Assembly: GCA_040905965.1 (NCBI GenBank)
Contig: JBBDQP010000058.1
Location: forward strand, 24,344 to 88,343
Reading direction: 5' to 3'
Source: Acidimicrobiia bacterium
Lineage (GTDB): Bacteria > Actinomycetota > Acidimicrobiia > Spongiisociales > ZC4RG35
Length of the DNA: 64,000 nucleotides
Position 1 is the first letter of the stretch, and every line of letters starts with the position of its first letter. The position numbers and the translations under genes are program-made. Positions 60,269 through 64,000 of the stretch are shown here, one piece after another. The notes below the pieces were generated by a model. The model did no database searches and was not told the origin of the DNA. It was given only the letters and a program-made list of their open reading frames with translations.

Positions 60269-60775
60269 ATGACCGAAGCACGCGAGACGCTCACGTGGGA
60301 TCTCTACGGCACCGCGGTCCGTTCCCTCGCCCGGCAGGTCGCAGACGACGGATACCGACCAGACATCATCCTGGCCATCGCCCGGGGCGGTCTCTTCGTG
60401 GCCGGATCGCTCGGGTATGCCCTCAGCGTGAAGAACCTGTACGTGATGAACATCGAGTACTACACGGGGGTTGGAACCCGTCGCGACGTGCCTGTCATGC
60501 TTCCCCCGTATCAGAACCAAGTGGAGTTGGACGGCGCCCGCATCCTCATCGCCGACGACGTGGCGGACACGGGCAACACGATTCGCGTCGTTCACGACCA
60601 CTGTCAGGGTCGGGTGGCGGACGTCCGCACCGCGGTGCTCTACGAAAAGCCCCACTCACTGGTCGACTGCGAATACGTGTGGAGGCACACGGACAAGTGG
60701 GTCAACTTCCCCTGGTCGACCGAAGCACCCATCATCGGCCCTGCGGATGGCGGCGAGATCGTGCTCGACGCCTGA
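60269..60775 (+). CDS. gpt: xanthine-guanine phosphoribosyltransferase-like PRTase
   Basis: 'TWD', 'IARGGL' and PRPP-binding 'ILIADDVADTGNT' motifs. The layout is the same as E. coli Gpt. Confidence 0.65.
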   Translation: MTEARETLTWDLYGTAVRSLARQVADDGYRPDIILAIARGGLFVAGSLGYALSVKNLYVMNIEYYTGVGTRRDVPVMLPPYQNQVELDGARILIADDVADTGNTIRVVHDHCQGRVADVRTAVLYEKPHSLVDCEYVWRHTDKWVNFPWSTEAPIIGPADGGEIVLDA

Positions 60776-60779
60776 GGCG

Positions 60780-62102
60780 TCAGACCTCGAAGTGCCGTTC
60801 AAGCGAGTGCCACACGCTCGGGTAGTCGTCCTGGAGGGCGGGAATCGAGCCGGCGTAGGAGGTCGGAATGAGCGGGTACCTGGTTTCGAACATGAACGAC
60901 ATCGTGTCTGAGAGTTTCTCCGGCTTCAGTTCGGAGGTCGTCGCCTTGATCCAGGCGTCATGATCCGGTCCATGGGGGAAATACATGTTGTGCAAGCTCA
61001 TCCCGCCCGGATTGAACCCTTCCTCTTTGGCGTCGTAGACGCCGTAGAGGATCCCCATGAACTCCGACATGAAGTTCTTGTGGTAGTACGGCGGGCGGAA
61101 GGTGTGCTCGCCGACCAGCCACCGATCGGCGAAGACGACGAAGTCGACGTTCGCAACGCCCGGATCGGGTGACGGCGAGGTGAGCACGGTGAAGATCGAC
61201 GGATCGGGATGGTCAAAACTGATCGATCCCATCACGTTGAACGATCTCAGGTCGTACTTCCAAGGAACATGGTTGCCGTGCCACCCGACTACGTCGAGCG
61301 GCGAATAGTCGGTGGCAACGACGAACAGCCGCCCGTCGAACTTCACGTACAGCTCCCCAGGCTCCTCGGTGTCCTCGAATGTTGCGACCGGGTGGAGGAA
61401 GTCACGAGGGTTCGCCAGGCCGTTGGCGCCGACCGGACCGCGCTCGGGCAGTTCGAGCAGCGTTCCGTAGTTCTCGCAGATGTAGCCGCGGGCCGCCTCG
61501 TCCATGAGTTCCACCCGGAACACCATGCCTCGCGGCATCAGCGCGACCTCACCGGGACGAACTTCGAGGACACCGCATTCGGTCACGAAACGCAGTCGAC
61601 CCGACTGGGGGACGATCAGCAGTTCTCCGTCGGCGTCGTAGAAGTGCGTGTTCCTCATCGACTCCGTTGCCATGTAGACATGGGCCGCCATCCCCCGCTG
61701 GAGGTGGGCGTCTCCATTGGTGGCGATCGTCCTGATCCCGGTGAGGAACGTGGTGGACTCGTCCGGAAACTCGGGCGGATTCCATCTGAGCTGGCCGATC
61801 GGCGGGTCCGACTCGCGATTCGGAGCGGTCCGTATGAAGTGATTCGAGGTCTCGGTGAACCGCCAGGCGTGACGGACCGAGGGCCGAATCCGATACATCC
61901 AGGTCCGCCGGTTGCGATCGTTGGCGACGGTGAAGGCGGTGCCGGAGAGCTGTTCGGTGTAGAGGCCCAGCGGAGGTTTCTGCGGATTGTTCTGACCGAC
62001 CGGAAGTGCGCCTGGCACCGCCTCGCTTGCGAACTCGTTGCCATACCCCGACAGGTAGGACAGCTCACCCATGTCGCTCACGATCCTCTCTCGCCATGCC
62101 AT
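60780..62102 (-). CDS. hmgA: homogentisate 1,2-dioxygenase
   Basis: 'SYLSGYGNEFASEA' N-terminus and HGD family sequence throughout. About 430 aa. Confidence 0.85.
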   Translation of the reverse strand: MAWRERIVSDMGELSYLSGYGNEFASEAVPGALPVGQNNPQKPPLGLYTEQLSGTAFTVANDRNRRTWMYRIRPSVRHAWRFTETSNHFIRTAPNRESDPPIGQLRWNPPEFPDESTTFLTGIRTIATNGDAHLQRGMAAHVYMATESMRNTHFYDADGELLIVPQSGRLRFVTECGVLEVRPGEVALMPRGMVFRVELMDEAARGYICENYGTLLELPERGPVGANGLANPRDFLHPVATFEDTEEPGELYVKFDGRLFVVATDYSPLDVVGWHGNHVPWKYDLRSFNVMGSISFDHPDPSIFTVLTSPSPDPGVANVDFVVFADRWLVGEHTFRPPYYHKNFMSEFMGILYGVYDAKEEGFNPGGMSLHNMYFPHGPDHDAWIKATTSELKPEKLSDTMSFMFETRYPLIPTSYAGSIPALQDDYPSVWHSLERHFEV

Positions 62103-62129
62103 GGACCGTACCTGGGAGGTCGGCCACGT

Positions 62130-63395
62130 TCATCTGATTCCGGTTGGCGTCACCAACTTCAGCCATGGAGTGATGACGGCGATGAGGGCCGGAGCGACTG
62201 CGGCGGCGAGGAGCACGGGGCGATACGACCCGGACATGTCGAACCCGATTGCGAGCAGGAGCGGTCCTGCTGCAGTGCCGGCCACCATGATCGTCGACAC
62301 CATCCCCTTGATCGCTCCCTGATGGGTGCGGCCGAAATAGTGAGGGTATACGGTGAGAGATATGGCGCCGCTCATCCCCTGCATGACCCCGAAGACCACC
62401 CCGTAGACCAGCAGGCTGGGTCCGGCCGAGACCCTCGTGGCGAGAATCATGACGGTCGCCATCGCCGCTTGGGCGGCAGCGAGGAGGAAGCGGGGTGGAA
62501 CCCGATCGAGCAACCATCCGGTCAGAAAATTGGCGATCGCCTGCACGATCCCGAACGAGATGAACACAGTCGCCGCCAGTTCTCGACTCAACCCGTTGTT
62601 GTCCATGATCGAGAAGTGGTGGAATACCAGTCCGGTGCCGAGCATCGCCGTGAAGAACGCCCCGGAAGCAAAAAGCCAGAAGGTGATCGTCCGTCTCGCC
62701 TGAGCGAGCGTAAAATTTCGCTCAGTGGCTGACACGCTCTCCGCGCCCTCGAACTTCTTGCCGTCGGGTTCGTGCCCGTACCGCTCAGGGGCGAACCGGA
62801 AGAACCCTCCGCCGACTGGGAGCACGACAACCGCCACGGCGAGACCGAGCAGGGCGTAGGCGGTTCGCCACCCGAATGCCTCGATCAGCCAGTTGATCAC
62901 GACTGGCATCACCGACGTGGCCAGTGCCATACCGACCCCGGCCAGTCCGATGGCGAGCCCCCGCCGGCGGACAAACCACAGGTTGATGGTGTGCATGCTC
63001 ACGAGACCCAGCGCTCCCTGCCCGAGTGCGCGAATAAGAGCAAAGCCGACGAACAGCGTCACGATGCTGCCGACGAAGCCCATGAACACGCAGGCGAACG
63101 CAAAGGCGGATCCGATCAGAAGTACCGCCCGCCGGGGTCCGTGCCTGTCGATGGCACGCCCGATGTAGGGGAGGCTGAACGAGCCGACCAGCGTGCCGGC
63201 CGTGTACACCGCCGAGACTGTCGACCGGCCGAGCCCCAGATCGTCGATGATGAAGTCCAGGAAGACCGAAACCCCGACGGTCTGACCAGGAATAGTCATT
63301 CCGACTGCGATCGTTCCGGCGACGAGGACGACCCAGGAGTAATGGACAGGAAGGCGGTCGATCAGGCGGCTCGTGAGGAGCGGGGGCGCGTTCAC
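62130..63395 (-). CDS. MFS transporter
   Basis: 12-TM profile, about 420 aa, MFS loop motifs. Confidence 0.8.
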   Translation of the reverse strand: MNAPPLLTSRLIDRLPVHYSWVVLVAGTIAVGMTIPGQTVGVSVFLDFIIDDLGLGRSTVSAVYTAGTLVGSFSLPYIGRAIDRHGPRRAVLLIGSAFAFACVFMGFVGSIVTLFVGFALIRALGQGALGLVSMHTINLWFVRRRGLAIGLAGVGMALATSVMPVVINWLIEAFGWRTAYALLGLAVAVVVLPVGGGFFRFAPERYGHEPDGKKFEGAESVSATERNFTLAQARRTITFWLFASGAFFTAMLGTGLVFHHFSIMDNNGLSRELAATVFISFGIVQAIANFLTGWLLDRVPPRFLLAAAQAAMATVMILATRVSAGPSLLVYGVVFGVMQGMSGAISLTVYPHYFGRTHQGAIKGMVSTIMVAGTAAGPLLLAIGFDMSGSYRPVLLAAAVAPALIAVITPWLKLVTPTGIR

Positions 63396-64000
63396 AGGGC
63401 GATGATCGGATCCAGGAGCAGGTCGGGGTGATCACGCTCGACCGCTTCCAAACGATGTCGGTTCGTGAACAGGGCAACCGGGATGCCGCTGCTCCTGCGA
63501 GCGACTTCGACACCCCGGATTCCGGCGAGGGTCCCCACTCCGGCATCGTCGGTCCTGCGGGCGACGTTCCACGGGGTCGACTCGAAGAGCACCTCGGCGT
63601 TGAACTCGTGCTGGAGGCGGTGGAGCGCCACTTCGTACTGCATCTCGCCCACCGCAGCGAGGATCGGCTCTCTCTCGCCGCCCTGTTCCGTACGGAGGAT
63701 CTGGATGACGCCCTCCTCGTCCAATTGGGTGATCCCTTTCCGGAACTGCTTGTACCGGCCGGTGTCCAGATTGCGGGCCACGCGGAAGAATTCGGGGGCA
63801 AAGGTGGGGATCGGGGGGTAACGGACCACACCGTCGAGTGAGAGCGTGTCGCCGATCAGGAGATCGTTCGCATTGACCAGACCAACGATGTCGCCGGGGA
63901 AGGCATCTTCCACGGTGTCGCGTTCCCTTCCGAAGACCTGGTGGGCGTATTTGGTGGTGAACGACCGTCCCGTGCGGTTGCTGGTGAGAGTCATCCCGCG
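63392..64000 (-). CDS. prfC: peptide chain release factor 3 (C-terminal part; gene continues beyond the window end)
   Basis: C-terminal RF3 sequence (…FFRVARNLD…KQFRKGITQLDEEGVIQ…). The ORF is still open at the window edge. Confidence 0.7.
   Translation of the reverse strand, partial: RGMTLTSNRTGRSFTTKYAHQVFGRERDTVEDAFPGDIVGLVNANDLLIGDTLSLDGVVRYPPIPTFAPEFFRVARNLDTGRYKQFRKGITQLDEEGVIQILRTEQGGEREPILAAVGEMQYEVALHRLQHEFNAEVLFESTPWNVARRTDDAGVGTLAGIRGVEVARRSSGIPVALFTNRHRLEAVERDHPDLLLDPIIAL

Noticed and set aside
1-64000. tRNA/rRNA genes, CRISPR repeats, IS inverted repeats, prophage signatures
   Set aside because: No tRNA T-arm/acceptor signatures (GGTTCGAATCC-like), no regularly spaced direct repeats and no transposase or integrase ORFs were found by eye. 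The window appears to be core chromosome.

Overview
This 64 kb window is high-GC (about 68-70 %) and densely packed with genes. It reads as core chromosome of an Actinomycetota-type organism (F420-dependent enzymes, an MprAB-PepD-like operon, a family-5 UdgB, a DUF222-HNH endonuclease), not an obvious mobile island. By eye I found no tRNA, rRNA, CRISPR array or IS element.

Recognisable modules, in order along the window:
- (i) a peptide-uptake operon: dppB-dppC-fused dppDF ATPase-substrate-binding protein-M20 peptidase, with a DmpA-type aminopeptidase nearby.
- (ii) family-5 UDG, a DUF4015-like putative glycoside hydrolase, and a group-2 sigma factor.
- (iii) an orphan sufB divergent from gltB-gltD, with repeated TGCRC(A)-TA-TGCRC(A) motifs in the shared promoter region.
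- (iv) an M23 peptidase, HAD hydrolase, stand-alone Lon-N domain protein, inositol-3-phosphate synthase and ArfB.
- (v) TlpA, sortase, crotonase, then a c-di-GMP-type module: DUF5317 membrane protein plus two tandem membrane HD-GYP proteins, preceded by a 29-codon ORF with a strong RBS, with a 430-bp non-coding region upstream.
- (vi) DUF222-HNH endonuclease, GGT, histidine phosphatase and an F420 LLM oxidoreductase.
- (vii) an HhH protein, a BNR beta-propeller and a MoaD/ThiS-like protein ending in Gly-Gly, followed by RlmN.
- (viii) flavin reductase, APH-like kinase, PPOX-F420 enzyme and a GNAT.
- (ix) a cobalamin riboswitch with an SD-sequestering hairpin, controlling btuF-btuC-btuD-cobO-cobU-cobT-cobS-cobC.
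- (x) mprA-mprB-pepD-like two-component system plus HtrA.
- (xi) beta-phosphoglucomutase plus a GH65 phosphorylase.
- (xii) a transglycosylase-like protein plus a membrane protein, a DSD1-type PLP enzyme, Gpt-like PRTase, homogentisate dioxygenase, an MFS transporter and a partial prfC.

Many adjacent genes overlap by 4 nt (GTGA/ATGA), indicating translational coupling. A large share of the long ORFs in the six-frame track are Arg/Pro-rich shadow frames and were not annotated. I see no clear-cut novel system. The best candidates are the DUF5317/HD-GYP/leader-peptide module and the HhH-BNR-MoaD(GG) trio. All family assignments are motif-level recognition without database searches.
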